Below are positions 40,974-54,834 of a DNA stretch of 64,000 nt, piece by piece. The notes beneath the pieces were generated by a model, which worked only from the letters and a program-made list of their open reading frames with translations, had not been told where the DNA came from and did not search any database. Both the position numbers and the translations under genes were made by a program. How positions within the stretch are numbered: the first letter of the stretch is position 1; each line of letters begins with the position of its first letter. Source of the DNA: the human T2T-CHM13v2.0 reference genome, Homo sapiens. The stretch is from NCBI RefSeq assembly GCF_009914755.1, contig NC_060947.1; one strand, given 5' to 3'.

Positions 40974-41310
40974 TTTTTTAATTGTATGTATTTAAGATGT
41001 GCAACATGATGATTTAATACACATATGCATTGTGAAAACAGTACTATAGTCAAGTAAATTAACGTATCTCCTCACATAATTACTATTATTTGAAGTGAGA
41101 GCTCCCAAAGCCTATTCTTTTAGCAAAAATCCCAACTCTAATGCTATATTATTAACTATAGCCATCATGCTCTCCATTAGATCTCTAGTCCTCTGTATCC
41201 TACATAACTGCAACATTGTGCCTTTTGACCAATATCTCCCCATTTCCCCTACCTCCCTTCCCCTGATAAACACGCTTCTACTCTCTGTTTCTATGTATTT
41301 GGCTTTTTAA
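40974..41310 (-). mobile_element. L1MA8/9 3' end
   Basis: attgtatgtatttaagatgtgcaacatgatg...cattagatctctag. Confidence 0.8.
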
Positions 41311-41903
41311 ATTGGAAGCCAAGTTATACTCATTTTTCAGGTAAAATGAAGCAAATAGAAATATTAAGGCCTCACTACCATTGTTTTTCAAAATTTCTTC
41401 ATTATAAATCAATTCTTGAAAGGGAAAGTTAGGGCATTCATTATGCATGGGTCTAAGCCATGCTTCCAGTCTATTTCTGTGTGGCATTTATTCCAGGAAC
41501 ATAAACTCTTCAAGGACTTAGACCATGCTGTGTTTACCCATCAGTATTGATTTTCTGTTGTGGACTGCACTTACCACATAATCAAGAAACTACAAAAATA
41601 ATCCAGGGGTTTGGAAAGTGGCAAGTTGTGTTTGCTATCATGGTTGGAACTCAGAAAAAGAATCTGTTAAGGGTCATTTATCAAGTGTAGTTTTCCACTA
41701 AGAATATACAAATAGATCCAAAGGTCCTAGTATGATGTATGAATTAAATACAAGAGGCAAAAATGTAGACTCCAGTCTTCTAGATCTTTCACATCAACCA
41801 AAAGGTTTTTCTGGAATGTTATTAACAGAATGCAATGCAGATCTTTCAAATTCAACAAATTCACTAGTTACTTCTTCTGTGTTTAATAGATATGCCATGC
41901 TTT

Positions 41904-42145
41904 TTTAAAATATTTAAAAACTTTTTATTTTTAATTGTGGTAAAATAACAATTTACTATCTTAACATTTTTAAGCATAGGATTCAGTAGTATTAAGTACA
42001 GTAGTATTAAGTACATTCGCATTATTGTGCAACCATCACCACCATCCATCATCAGAAATTTTTCACCTTCCCAAACTGAAGCTCTGTGCCCATTAAACAC
42101 TAATTCCTCATTCCCCTGCTCCGAAGTGAAAGCACGAACTCAAAC
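41904..42145 (-). mobile_element. L1MB 3' end with short 5' inversion
   Basis: Antisense 3'UTR, then sense gaagtgaaagcacgaactcaaacagatat; TSD agatat(g/a)ccatgcttt at 41888-41903 and 42146-42161. Confidence 0.75.
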
Positions 42146-43369
42146 AGATATACCATGCTTTGAGTAGCAATGAGGTCAATTGAAAATTTGGGTTAATTTC
42201 TGGAATACTGTGTAAGAGGAAATAGCCACGTAGAGTTAAAATAGGTTTGGTGTGTTTAAAGTCAATATTTCAGGGTGAATTTTTCAGATACATATTGCAT
42301 CATGGTATAGTGGAACTAATAGGAGATTTGAGATCCAGAAATACTTGGATTTGAATCCCGCATTATAAGATATGCTTACTAACTGTCTTAAATTGGCAGG
42401 ACACCCCCAAGCCTGAGTTCTACATATATAAGATATTATTAATATTTATCCTGCTTTAGCATTAACTCCGTTTTCTGCTCCTCTTTGAAGCAAAGCTTCT
42501 TAAAGAGTTGACTAGAGTTTCTGTCTTCTCTTCCTTACCTTTTAGCGTCTCTCAGCACACTCCAATAAATTTTTATCTAAATAATTTTAATGGGATGTAT
42601 CTTGTCAAGTTGATCAACGACTTCAAGGTTTCAGCTTGTTAGCTTTAGCCTGTCTAGAGCAGCAATAGGGCCAGGCCAACCAAGGCTCTTCTATTTACTT
42701 GAGAAACTGAATGACCTCTTGAAAAAGAACTTTTCCACTAGACGGAGAGCTGAGGTTTTCAAACTTTGTCCAGTGTCAGTTTGGGAGAGGAAAGGAAGAG
42801 AAGAGGGAATGATTCTAAGAACATCATAATGTCTATCACTCAGATTGTCTTCAAGCTTAGCTCCCAAAGACCTGAGCCCTGGAAGGTAAGGCTCATTGTA
42901 ATATGTGAGAAAAATAAAACTGATTAAAGAATAACAACCTATTCCACTGAAGTCTATGTAGGATGTGAAGAGCAAAAATCTGTGCTGTTTTGGAGTGTAA
43001 CATCCAAGTACTAGAGTAAAGCACCTATGAAGTGACTTTGAAATATAGCATATTGCAGATACTGGAGCACAAAGCACATGTAACAGTGTGAGTCAGAACC
43101 AGGCCAGTCTGCATCTGGAATGCAAATAAGACATCACTTCTAAGTACTCTGTCATTAGTGCTGTAACTTTAAGGTAGTCTTCAGTTACAGGTGAAACTGC
43201 AGTCGTGGGAGCAGGAAAGGACAGAGAAAATGGCAGATGCTACATGGACACCAAGAGAATTAATTGACAAGCACACATCGCATACATCCCTTGAAATTTC
43301 CTAGACCTCTTTATAAGGAATTTGAGAAGGAGCAAAAATCACATTGGCTTTGCAATTAACTTAAAATGA

Positions 43370-43858
43370 AATCTACACTCATTCACTGACTTCCAAGTCT
43401 TTGCATGATCTAGCCAGTACTTACCTGTCCAACTTCATCTCATACCACTTGCCTTTCTTTATGTTCCTTGACCACATTAAGCTTGTTGAAACCACGTGCT
43501 CTTGAACTCTCAGTTTATATGCCTGGAAATGCTCTTCTGGCCATCTCCTTCTCATTCAAGTCTCATCTTTAATGCCACCTCTACGGAGAGGCCTAAACTA
43601 AACACTCTATCTAAAGCCTCATCTTTCTTGGTCCCTCATCCTACAGTTAATCTCTATTATATTTCTAGGCATAATTTTCTCCACAAAGCTTTTATTATTT
43701 TAAAGAAATTTTTGGCCTGCCTATTGTTTGCTCCCTTCTTCATACATGTAAACTTCAGAAAGACAAGGGCCATTCTTGGCCTGTTCAAGAAGGCCACCCG
43801 GCACCTAGAACAGTGTTTGGCAAAGAGGAGGAGTTCAGTAAATGCTTAAAGAATAATT
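43370..43858 (+). mobile_element. L2 3' region
   Basis: gcctggaaatgctctt...gcacctagaacagtgtttggcaaagaggaggagttcagtaaatgc. Confidence 0.7.
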
Positions 43859-43862
43859 ACTA

Positions 43863-44215
<353 letters not shown>

Positions 44216-44266
<51 letters not shown>
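44216..44266. repeat. (TA)n microsatellite at Alu tail
   Basis: TA run with one TG interruption. Confidence 0.95.
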
Positions 44267-44271
<5 letters not shown>

Positions 44272-45694
44272 GTTACTTTATATATTTTACACATATAATT
44301 ATACATTTGATATGTTATGGGTTACATTTATAATGAGTATCATTGACTAAGAATTAATGCTAAGTGAATGGGCATGAGAGTTTATCTTATATCCGTGATT
44401 TCCATTGTGGTGTGGGTGCCTTTGGTCTCACAGTTTATAAAGAACAGTGCTAACTAGCTTCTGCCTAGCTTTCCAGCCAGACTGAACAACAGGCTCCTCT
44501 AGTACACATCCTCGAGTCTTTCTCATATACTGTCCCTCTTCATGGAACACTCTCACTTCTCTGTCTCCATGCCCCCTCCGACTGACAAATTTTTAGTCAT
44601 ATTTCACCTTGCTGCTAGATGTCACATTTTGGGAAAATTTGGGTTATACATACAGCGAAAGAGTTCTTGAATGTGCGTCATGCAGATAAAATATTTTGCT
44701 CAGATACACAGTCTTTCTCAGTAGGAACTGCATATAGCTCTCCTGCCCGGGTTAACCTCATTTTTTTTTTTTCTTACTATACCTGTGTCCACTTTTCTTG
44801 TGAAGGGCATTGTTCTCTTTCTTTCTGACCTGGGTTATCTTACAAAGTCTCATGTGGGTCCCTGTTCTTGAGGTGTCTTTGATTCATTGTCCAGATGTGA
44901 GAAAAGAAGGACTTTCCCCAAATACAAAAATGACTGATTTTGATGCTGTTAATAGCATTATTTTATCTCTGATTTCTGTGTTTATCACTTGTGTTTACAT
45001 CTGCAAACTCTACATATTGCCAATAGGACTGTAAGTGATCGACAGAGGTGGTCCTCTCTCCATTTAATGGAAAGAGAAAAGATTATCCGCCCTCTGGAGG
45101 GACCTCTGTCTTCTCTGAAAGTTATGCTTCCAGAGGATCCATGTCGAAATTTGAAACGAATCTTTTCATGTTTTATTTCCTAGTTTTCTTCCTGCAGTGA
45201 AAGATGGGATCAAAGGGACACTCTGCCCCAGGAATTGCAGCTGTGACTTAGGGTTCTGTAGATCTGCCACCTTTTGACTATTTTCTTTCCCAGCATTATC
45301 ACTGCACATGAATTGATCCATTATATAATCCTTGGAGCTAAACAAGTTGGCATGATACCCTTTGATGGAGTAAGAGCCTGATGTGTAATAAAGAGTTGAT
45401 TGGCCACAACCTGAATTTTTCCACTAAGCCTGGTGACCCACCCACAGTACTTCCTTGAGGAATATCATTATTTTCGGAGACTCTAAGATCTCTAGAGAGT
45501 TTTTGGACATTCATTGATAATATTCATGATGATGGTGATAACAATGATGGCAACAATAATAATGCTGATAATTAACATTTATTCCTCACTAAAATGTAAG
45601 TGCCAGTAAAGCAAGGATTTTTGAATGCTTGGTTCAGTTATACACCCCAAACGACTAATGTAGTGTCTAGTACATATTAAATAATAAGTATATT

Positions 45695-47565
45695 TTATAT
45701 TTTATATATTTAATGAGCATAACATGAAGACTTCATGTATTAATAATGAAATGGTTACTATAGTTAAGCAAATTAACATACAAATGATCTCACATAGTTA
45801 TTCTGATTTTGTGTGTATGACAAAAGCACTTAAAATCTACTCTTTTAGCAAAAGTAGAGTCCGAAGCAATATTATTATAGTTCTCATGTTGTATATTAGA
45901 TCTCTAAACTTATTCATCCTATATATCGGCCACATTGTATCCTTCAATCTACATCTCCCCTTTCTCCCCATCTGCCAGCCCTATCCCTGGTAATCACCTT
46001 TTTGTCTTTTCCTATCTGGCTTATTTCATTAATCATAATGCCTTCAGGTTCATCTATGTTGTTGCACATGGCAGGGTTTTCTTCTTTTCAAAGCTGAACA
46101 ATATTGTCCTAAAAAGATAAAGAAAGTGTAAAAGAAACTTTATCTTAAAAAGAGAAACTGTGGTACTGTACATAGCACAGTGTCTTTACCCCTTCATCCT
46201 TCGACAGACACTTCAATTGACTTCATAGCTTAGCTATTGTGAAAAATGCTCAGTGAGCAGAGGAGTGCATATATCTTTGTGAGGTGGTAATTTCAATTCC
46301 TCTGGGTATATGCTCGGAAAAGGGCTTGCTTAGTCATATGGTAGTCATATTTTTAATTTCTTTCGGACACTCCAAAAAGTTTTGCACAATGGCTGCAACA
46401 ATCTCTACATTCCTAAAAACAGTGGGCAATGATTTCCTTTTGTTCACATCTTGGTCAACACTTATTATCTCTTGTCTTTTGATAATAGCAATCCTAACAG
46501 GTGTCAAGTGATGTCTCATTGTGAGGTTGATAGCAATCCTTCATTTCCCTGATGTTTAGTGATGTTCAGCATCTTTACATATGTCTGTTGGCCATTTTTA
46601 CATCTTTTTTTAAGAAATGTCTATTGAGGTCCTTTTACACGTTTTTAATTGGATTTTTTTTTTTTGCTATTGAGTTTGTAAAATATATTTTGGCATTAAT
46701 CCCTTACCAAATATAGAGTTGGCACATTTTTCTCCAATCTGTAGGCTGCCTTTGCATATTGTTGATTGTTTCCTTTCTTGTGCAGATGCTAATAAGTTTG
46801 ACATAATCCTATTTTTTTTAACTTTTGCTTCCTTAGCTTGAGTTTTTAGTGTGATATCCAATCATTGCCAATGCCACTGTCAAGGAGATTTTCCCCTAGG
46901 AATTTTATGGTTTCATATTTTCCATTAGGTTTTTTTAAATCCATTTTAAGTTTACTTTTGTTTGTTTTATAAGTGTCCAAATTCATTCTTTTGCATGTGG
47001 AAATTTAGCTGTTTCAGCATCATTTATTGAAGATACTATTCTCTATCGTGTCTTCATAGTGCACTTGTCAAAAATTAGTTGACCATATATATTCCAGTTT
47101 ATTTCTAAGCACTCATGGTCTGTGTGTCTGTTTTTATGCCAATACTGTACTTTTTTGATTGCTATAGCTATGAAATATTATTTAAAATCAGGAAATATAA
47201 TGACCGTAGCTTTTTAAAAAAATATGCTTTGATTATTTTGGGTCTTTTATGGTTCTATAACAATTTTAGAAGTATTTTTTTCAATTTTTGTGAAGAATGA
47301 CATTGGAATGTTGATAGAGATTGCTGAATCTGTATATTGCTTTGGGTAGTATGAATGTTTTAACAATGTTAATTCTTCCAATTCATGCACACAAAATATC
47401 TATTCATTTATTTGTGTCATTTTTCAATTTCTTTACTTAATATTTTGTAGTTTTCAGTGTACACATTTTTCACCTTCTTGTTTAAATTTATTCCTAAGTG
47501 TTCTTTTAGGGGCTATCATAAATAGAATTGTTTTCTTGATTCAGTTTTTAGATAGATCATTATTG
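45695..47565 (-). mobile_element. L1MA8/9 3' 1.9 kb inserted in an L2 3' end
   Basis: Antisense 3'UTR and ORF2 end (MRHHLTPVRIAII); L2 tail resumes as gaataaatgaatg near 47581. Confidence 0.88.
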
Positions 47566-47594
47566 TCAGCACATATTTTTGAATAAATGAATGG

Positions 47595-47810
47595 GCATGC
47601 CCTGTGCTAAATGTCTTAAAAAATTTTCTCTTTTAATCTACAAAAGAACCTCATGAAGTGCTATTTATATCCTCTTTTTACATATAGGAAAACTAAAGCT
47701 TAAAGATGTTAAGTAGCTTTTCCAAGATCTTAGAGCTAATAAGTGACAAAATTAGAATTCAGACTTAGGCAATAGAAAGTCACACCTTACACCCTTAACT
47801 ATTATATTGT
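47595..47810 (-). mobile_element. MIR
   Basis: ttttacatataggaaaactaaagcttaaagatgttaagtagcttttccaagatc. Confidence 0.7.
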
Positions 47811-48344
47811 CCTGTAGTTATTTGGAGATTGTTTGATATATTTTGTATCAATAAAATGCAAATGATATGGGTAATTCATTTAAAAGAACATTATGGATAT
47901 AGCTTAAAATGCATATGCGTGAATATGTGTTCTGCAAAATATGGAATTCACGTTCACTAGGAAGGGTGAGTAACCTTGAGGAAAAGTGCCAGAGAAGCTG
48001 TATAATCTTGTTTCAGGTTAAATTGGCTGCCTCTCAAGAGTATAAAATATCTTTCTCAGGAAATGCAAATTCTTCCAAATGTTTTGTGTGCACATTCCCT
48101 ATAAACAGTTTGAATTGTGTTTCTAGTGACCAGCTAAAAGGAATATACTGCGTTAGTAATTAGTTTAGAGCACAAAAGTGTAGTAGTGTTTCTTGTTAAA
48201 TGCCCCTATATTTTATGGTTTCATAATTATTGTTCAATGTGTATGTTCTCCCATACCTCAGACTTTTAGTCATTATTTTTAATCTGTGAATTGTTTAGAT
48301 GACTGCTTTATATGAAATTTTCACCCTTGGAGGAGGCTCTTTAT

Positions 48345-48550
48345 GGTAGTGATTGAAAGTATAGGTTTAAAGACCAGAATATGAATCTTGTTTCTTCCTG
48401 TTACTACTTGACCTTGACAAGTCATTTCACCTACGTGACTTTCAATTTTCTTATGTACAAAATAGAAAGAAAAAACACAATAATACCTATTGTTCAGAGT
48501 TGTGACACTAAAATGACACCAATAGTATGAACTACTTGAAATAGGGTTTG
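48345..48550 (+). mobile_element. MIR
   Basis: gaccttgacaagtcatttcacctacgtgactttcaattttcttatgtacaaaatag. Confidence 0.6.
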
Positions 48551-49655
48551 ATATATAGTAAGAGGTCACTAACCTTTTCTCCCCAAATGCCCAAGAAAAA
48601 TGAGCATTTAAGCTTTAACATGGTGTTTTTTAGGTTCATTTTCTTGGAATTTTGTTTTAAAGGCAAATCAGTAGTATCATAATAAAATGTGTATTAGCTC
48701 TTGAGCCAGAAGAACAGGATTCAACTCTTGGCTCTACATTTTTAACAACTCTGATTTTGAAGACTTTCAAGCTGGAGCTGATTATCTTAACATTTACATT
48801 TTCCTTGCTAAGGCACAAGTAGCATGTTTAAACATATGGTTTAATTTTTTAAGATTTTGAATGTTTATTTATTCCACATGCCTCATGAAAGGGATAAATG
48901 TTTTGGGGAACTTGAACCCCACATTTGGTGGTGTGTCTGATGGTGCTCATCCTGGAATCGCTGAGAGTGTTTTCATGTAGGATACAATTTTCAAGAGAAC
49001 TGTATGAACAAATACTATCATAGGTATCTCTCTTTTTTCTCCTGCAGATATTTAGTTGAGTCTGGAGGAAAATCTATGTAGGCATGGGTGTTTATTAAGA
49101 AAGCTATAAACTTAAAAGGATGTCAATTCGATTCTGTGCTCAACTGTTGGTTGCAGTAACTCTGGTAATTAACTGGCATTATCAAAGAGCTACATTCAAA
49201 ACACAATATAATCTTAAAATTATCGCTGCTCAATATTCACCAGAAAAATCAGCTGAGATAAACAGTCCTCGAGTAGACTTGTTTTGAGGATATATATCCC
49301 ATCTATTACTCAAAACCTTCTAAAAAGGTGCCATGACTAACTTCAACAATCAAATAATTAATTACCTGGCTCATTTTGTCTGAGAACTGCACAGAACTGT
49401 TTTTACTAAGCTTTCCTTGGGGATTTCATCTTATAGGTGGGGAATTAAAAAAAGCAGCTCTTTTAAAATCCTTGTTTCATCTATTGTAAGGATGCTCATT
49501 ACATTACAAGGTATGATCTGTGGAAAGACCCTTCAGATGAATTCTTATCTGATATCAGTGCCAAGTGCAGTTGTAACACTGAACAAAATTGATCTGGGCA
49601 CTCTGAACTTTAACACTAGCCAGATTTTCTTTTTTACATTGACTTAGAGGTTAGT

Positions 49656-49656
<1 letters not shown>

Positions 49657-49736
<80 letters not shown>

Positions 49737-49746
49737 CATCCATCCA
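49657..49746. repeat. Compound STR (TATC)12(TC)n(CATC)n
   Basis: Read directly; TATC run 49657-49704. Confidence 0.95.
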
Positions 49747-49984
49747 TTTAGCTAGGTAGCTGCAAATGCAAGCTTCATGAGGGCAGGGACCTCACCTAAC
49801 TCCTTTAAGACAGTACTCTCAGCACTCAGCACCTACAACAGTGTTTGACATGAAATAGGCTCTCAATACATTCTTAATGAATAATTAATAATTTTTGGTC
49901 CCCGTATCCTGAGTTTCCAACTCCTCAGCTCCCTTGTTTGGATGTGCTGGTTTGAAGACCCCTCTACAATTAATGGAAAGGAAT

Positions 49985-50230
49985 TTAGTAGAAAAGGCAA
50001 AGGTTTTGGAATGAGACATACCTGAATTCAAATTTAGGCTGTGCTACTTGTAAGTCTTTACAAGTTATCTATCCTTTCTGAGATTCAGTTTACATATTTG
50101 CAAAGTAAATCTGAGGGTGATATCTACCTCAAAGAATTCCTGTGAGGTTTCAATGAGATGAGATATGCAAAGTCTCTAACCCAGTGCCTTGAACGTACAG
50201 AGTTGTTGCTGCTCAGTAGATACTAGTTTG
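49985..50230 (+). mobile_element. MIR
   Basis: ttttggaatgagacatacctgaattcaaat...gtgaggtttcaatgagatgagatatgcaaag. Confidence 0.75.
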
Positions 50231-50697
50231 TTTTCCTTTTTTTAAATAATAAATCTGTCTCATTTTATGCTCTTATTTTATCTATCAGCAACATACTAGG
50301 TAGATTTTTCTCTATAGGCAGGTTCATTTATTTGAGAGTATAGTGAAAGCAATTGTATTGGAGTGTTCATTAAGCAGTGTTTGTTTACATTTAATGTCTG
50401 AAAGTAGATTGCAGATGCATGTAAGTATCTCTTGATAGGTAAGAAATTAACTTAAAAAATCTCTGGAGCTCATTAATATGTTGTCTAAGTAATAACAAAG
50501 TTTGTTTACATCATCTACATTATCCTCAAATTGTCTGTATGTTGAATGGGTCAAGTGAATGGGATGGAGTCAGTGTCACTTTGCTTAAAGATTTTTAGAT
50601 TCATTTAAAATACTTCCAGAAATTGAAATTGGGTGACTTTCTATTTAAGAAATATCTACTTTCTGCCTAGAGAATACCCTGTCATAATTTTCAAAGG

Positions 50698-51091
50698 TGT
50701 CATGGGTTGAATTGTGCCCCTCCAAAATTCATATGTTGAATACTTACCCCCAAGTGCCTCTGAATGTGATCTTCTTTGGAGATAGGGTCTTTACAGAGGT
50801 AATCATGTTAAAGTGCAGTCAGGATGGTGCACCCTCATCCAATATGACTGTCATCCTTTTAAAAAGTGGGAAGTTAACAGATAGTCATGTACACGTGAGA
50901 ATACCATGTAAGCATAAAGAGATTATCCACATGCCAATGAGACAGGGATTAGATAGATTCTTTTCTCACAGTCCTCAGAACAAATTAACTCTGTCAACAT
51001 TTTGGTTTTGGACTTCTAGCTTTCAGAACTGTGACATAATAAACTATTTTTTTGTGGCACTTGGTTATGGTGTCTCCAGAAAACTAATACA
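50698..51091 (+). mobile_element. MLT1B/C solo LTR
   Basis: tgtcatgggttgaattgtgcccc...aaaactaataca. Confidence 0.85.
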
Positions 51092-51236
51092 ATATATTCA
51101 CCTTCTATTTTCCCTGTGAAATGATTTGTGTTTTCCACAAATGTACAAGGACTTCTAGATTGATTCAAAGTGACTCATTTTGTTGAAAATCCTCTACCGT
51201 TTAGTGGCTTTTGTCACCTATCCCAGTGATACTGTC

Positions 51237-51705
51237 TGTAGTGAATACTGTTGGAATCTTACCCAGATCGTGTTTTCTGGCCAGCGAACCCATTTTTTAT
51301 CTGCTTTGGGTACTGTCTGATGACAACTCACAGGTGCACCCTTCTCCAGGCTATTGCTCACATCTAACTTGGAGTCTTCATGCCCCAGTGATTAGATAGC
51401 ATCTGTCCCTAGGACTGACGACAGATTTCAGCAGGGACTAACTGACACAAGGTACAAAAGGCTGCCTCCCTTTCCTCAAGGTGGGACCAACTCCGGTTGA
51501 ATCTGGTGCTCCAGAGCTTCTCCATGGTACCAGAGGTGGAGCCAGTCTCTAATGGAAATGGCATTTTTCTGAGTTTCCTTCACCCTTTCTCATCCAGTTT
51601 TCCTCTCTTCCCTTCTCCTGAGAGCAGCTTTCGCCTCAATAGATAAGTCACTCACATAAGAACACCCACCTCAGGCTTTGCTTCCTGGAAACTAGAGCTC
51701 AGGCA
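51237..51705 (+). mobile_element. LTR16C-like ERVL LTR
   Basis: tgtagtgaatactgttgg...ctcaaggtgggaccaactc...ctcaggctttgcttcctgg. Confidence 0.7.
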
Positions 51706-54700
51706 TAGCATCTACCCAAACGTTTCTGACATTCTGCAAGTGGTCTTTGCAATCTCCTCCAAGTTTCTAGATTGTTAGGTTTTGAGGGCTAGTATTACTT
51801 TAGGAAATACAAGATTATTTAGAGTCACTGTGGGGGATAAAATGTGTAAGAAACTTAAATGGCACTGTTGCTCCAGTGCCAACAGCAAAAAAATGGCAAT
51901 AAAGCAATGTTTGATTATTGAAAAAATATTAAACTGGGAAGTGTAGCTTTCTACTTAAATGCCAAACTCCTGATATATGTTGAAAACAAAGTCTTGTTAC
52001 TTGCTCTGCTCTACCTTCTGTCTCCATTAGTTCATCACTATTAACTTGCCATTTCTAAAAGCATTTTTAAATGCTTATAAAATGATATTAGCATATTACA
52101 GTCTTCTTTCTTTTTATGTTACAGGAGAAATACAATATGTAGTAGTAAGATGAGCGACAGCTCAGCAACATACCTGGAAGATCTCTGTCTTTTTTGATAG
52201 GAATCAACCTTGTCACTTTGCTTCACATACTTTCAAAGTTCTTCCAACCTTTAAATTTCAATTATTTCCCAGCTAAGCAATTACCCTCCTTAAGCATTGT
52301 TGACAGTTTTCAAATAACTTTGAATGTTTGACAACAGATATAAAATAAATATTATTTGGCATGTTTGTCATATTTTAAGGTATTTGAAAATAAAAATGTG
52401 CATGTTTTTCTTGTATTTATGTAATCCTTTTAATTGTTGCTAATACATGGAGTTCACTTGAGTACACGTGTGGTAGACTAGTTTCAAGGTGTCTTCCTAG
52501 CCAACAAGCCATCATCACCTCTTAGAGTTGCCACTTGGTCTAGGGTGATGGGCCTTCTGCCACCAAGCTTGCATCATGGGGGTCCAACCTTCAGCCATTG
52601 TTGATTAGACGGGGAAGAGCCATCTAACACAAACTGGACTAATTGGATTATCCTCTGATTTTCCAATTTGGATAAAGAAATTCTAATTTGCTATGGACTA
52701 TTAAATGCAAGGATTGTAAACAATTTGACTCATGTAATGATCATCTCTATCATGCAGAGCAAGCCCCAGTGCTTCTTGAGGCTTCATTGTGTTCTGATGT
52801 TACTTTCCATGAAACTCCTGTGAATCCTTATACAGCAAAATATAGTTGTTCCTCTTTTCTGTTTCTCTTTCAGGGTACAAGAAAGGTGATTATAAACATT
52901 TACATTTGTAGTTGGGGATGAAAGATTTGAACTGTGCCTACCAGAGGGTCCTGATCTGAAAAGGTGAGAAGTGACTAATGTCAAACTTATATAAAGTGTT
53001 TCCCCCACATTTATTTTTTGCTTAACTGCTTTGTGATTTGTGATTTGCAACCTAAAATTCATGCGACGCTTCTTACAAATAAAGTTAAGTCGACAACAAC
53101 AACGAAAATTACAGAGTAGAAGGCAATTATAAAATATATTAATAATTTTAAAAAGCACAAAACATTAAGCAATATCATCACATCATACAGCATACCTTTT
53201 GATTAACCAACCTAAGTCTTTTTGCTTAAACACATCTGTTACAGGAGAGATTGATTTGCAAGGAAGCCTATTTCATTTATAAACAGTTGTAATTGATAGA
53301 AAGTTCTTTGACCCTTTTTTCTATTAAACTATGCTCTGATCTCTACAACAAAATCTTTTTGACCTGTTCTGCCCTTTAGATCTATGCAGAAGAAGGATAC
53401 CATATTGTTGACTTGATCCATTCAGATTTTAGAAGCCAGCTGTCTGTACCCCACAAGTCTCGGGTTTGCATATCCACTATTGCTGCTCATAGCTCAGCAT
53501 TTCTACACGTTTCACTCTCCTAGACACAGCCATCTGCTTGTACCTGCTTATGCGTATAAAGGTCTATGCCTTAATATTCTTCATCAGTTGAGGAATGAAA
53601 TCTGAAATAAAGTGAATGTCTGATACTTGTTTATGAGTTGATATATAAAATCACAGCTCTGTCTTAGTGCTTATGTTCCTTTGCTGGGGACAAGTTCATA
53701 CATATCTCAAATGGTTAATGGGAATGTACAAGGTTTTGCTCATTATTCTAACATCCTCCTTAAATCCACACCACAAATGTGTGTCTACATTTTCATGCAT
53801 ATTTTGTCATACACTCAGACAATTACTGCACTCATTTCACACATGAAAATTGATGTCTTAAAATTAGCCAAGCTATTTGCAAATGTAATCCTTTATGTTT
53901 ACCCTCCTGGCAGTGAGAAATAATATACTGGATAATATCTTCGTAAGAGGAAAATAATATCTAGATGACATTTCAGTTCCCCTTAAATTATTTGCCAAAT
54001 TATAGGTATTCATTCTGAAAAATGACTGGGATGGTGTAATTGGTGTATCTTGTTTCTCCCCCAAGGGGAAATGAACAAATCAATATGTCAATGTAGTAGA
54101 CACAATTGTGGAAACAATTAGGTTTTTTAAAAAAACAAATGATGCCAGTATTGGTTCTCATACTGATCCATCCAAGGTCTTTTATTTATAGAAACCACAG
54201 CAGTTTTAATAAGGCGATGGTATAAAATATTGCTCTTCAGTCAAAGAAAAATTATATTTTCAAGTGACACTTTCTATTTATTTTGTGACACTAAATAAAG
54301 TGTCCATTGTTCAGTTTGTTTCTAAACTAAGATATGAAAAGCTTTCAGAAATGAAACAGATTCCATTTATTTGTTGTTGTTGTTGTTGTTATTGTTACAA
54401 AACAAATTATTTCTTTTGTTGTTGGAGACCTAGACGGTTATTGCTTTCAGAACAGGGATTGGGCCTGTAATCTTTAGTAAGAGAGAAAGACAGAGTAGGC
54501 CCAATCCCTGTTGTGAGCTGTGCATGGTACAGAGGAGCCACATAAGTGATGTCTGTTGGCAGGTGGATGAACAAATGAGTAAGTACTGGGTTAGTGCCTT
54601 CGAATGAAAGAGAAGATAATACCCAGCATATTTTAAGGGTTGGTGTGAAAATAGTCTTGGTGTCTAAGACAGGAAATCTAATGCCTAGAATGTATTATAA

Positions 54701-54834
54701 AGCAAAAACCCTGGGAGCTGTGACCAGTAAGAAATTATTGGGTCTGTTAGAAAGCCTGCTCAAAGTAAGCCTTTGTTATCCCTAAAAGAATAAGGATCAG
54801 TAAGGAGGGAGCAGTACAGAGTAAAAGAATAATG

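Noticed and set aside
50697-51119. 140-aa ORF
   Set aside because: Coincides with an MLT1 LTR, has a GTG start and no recognisable domain.
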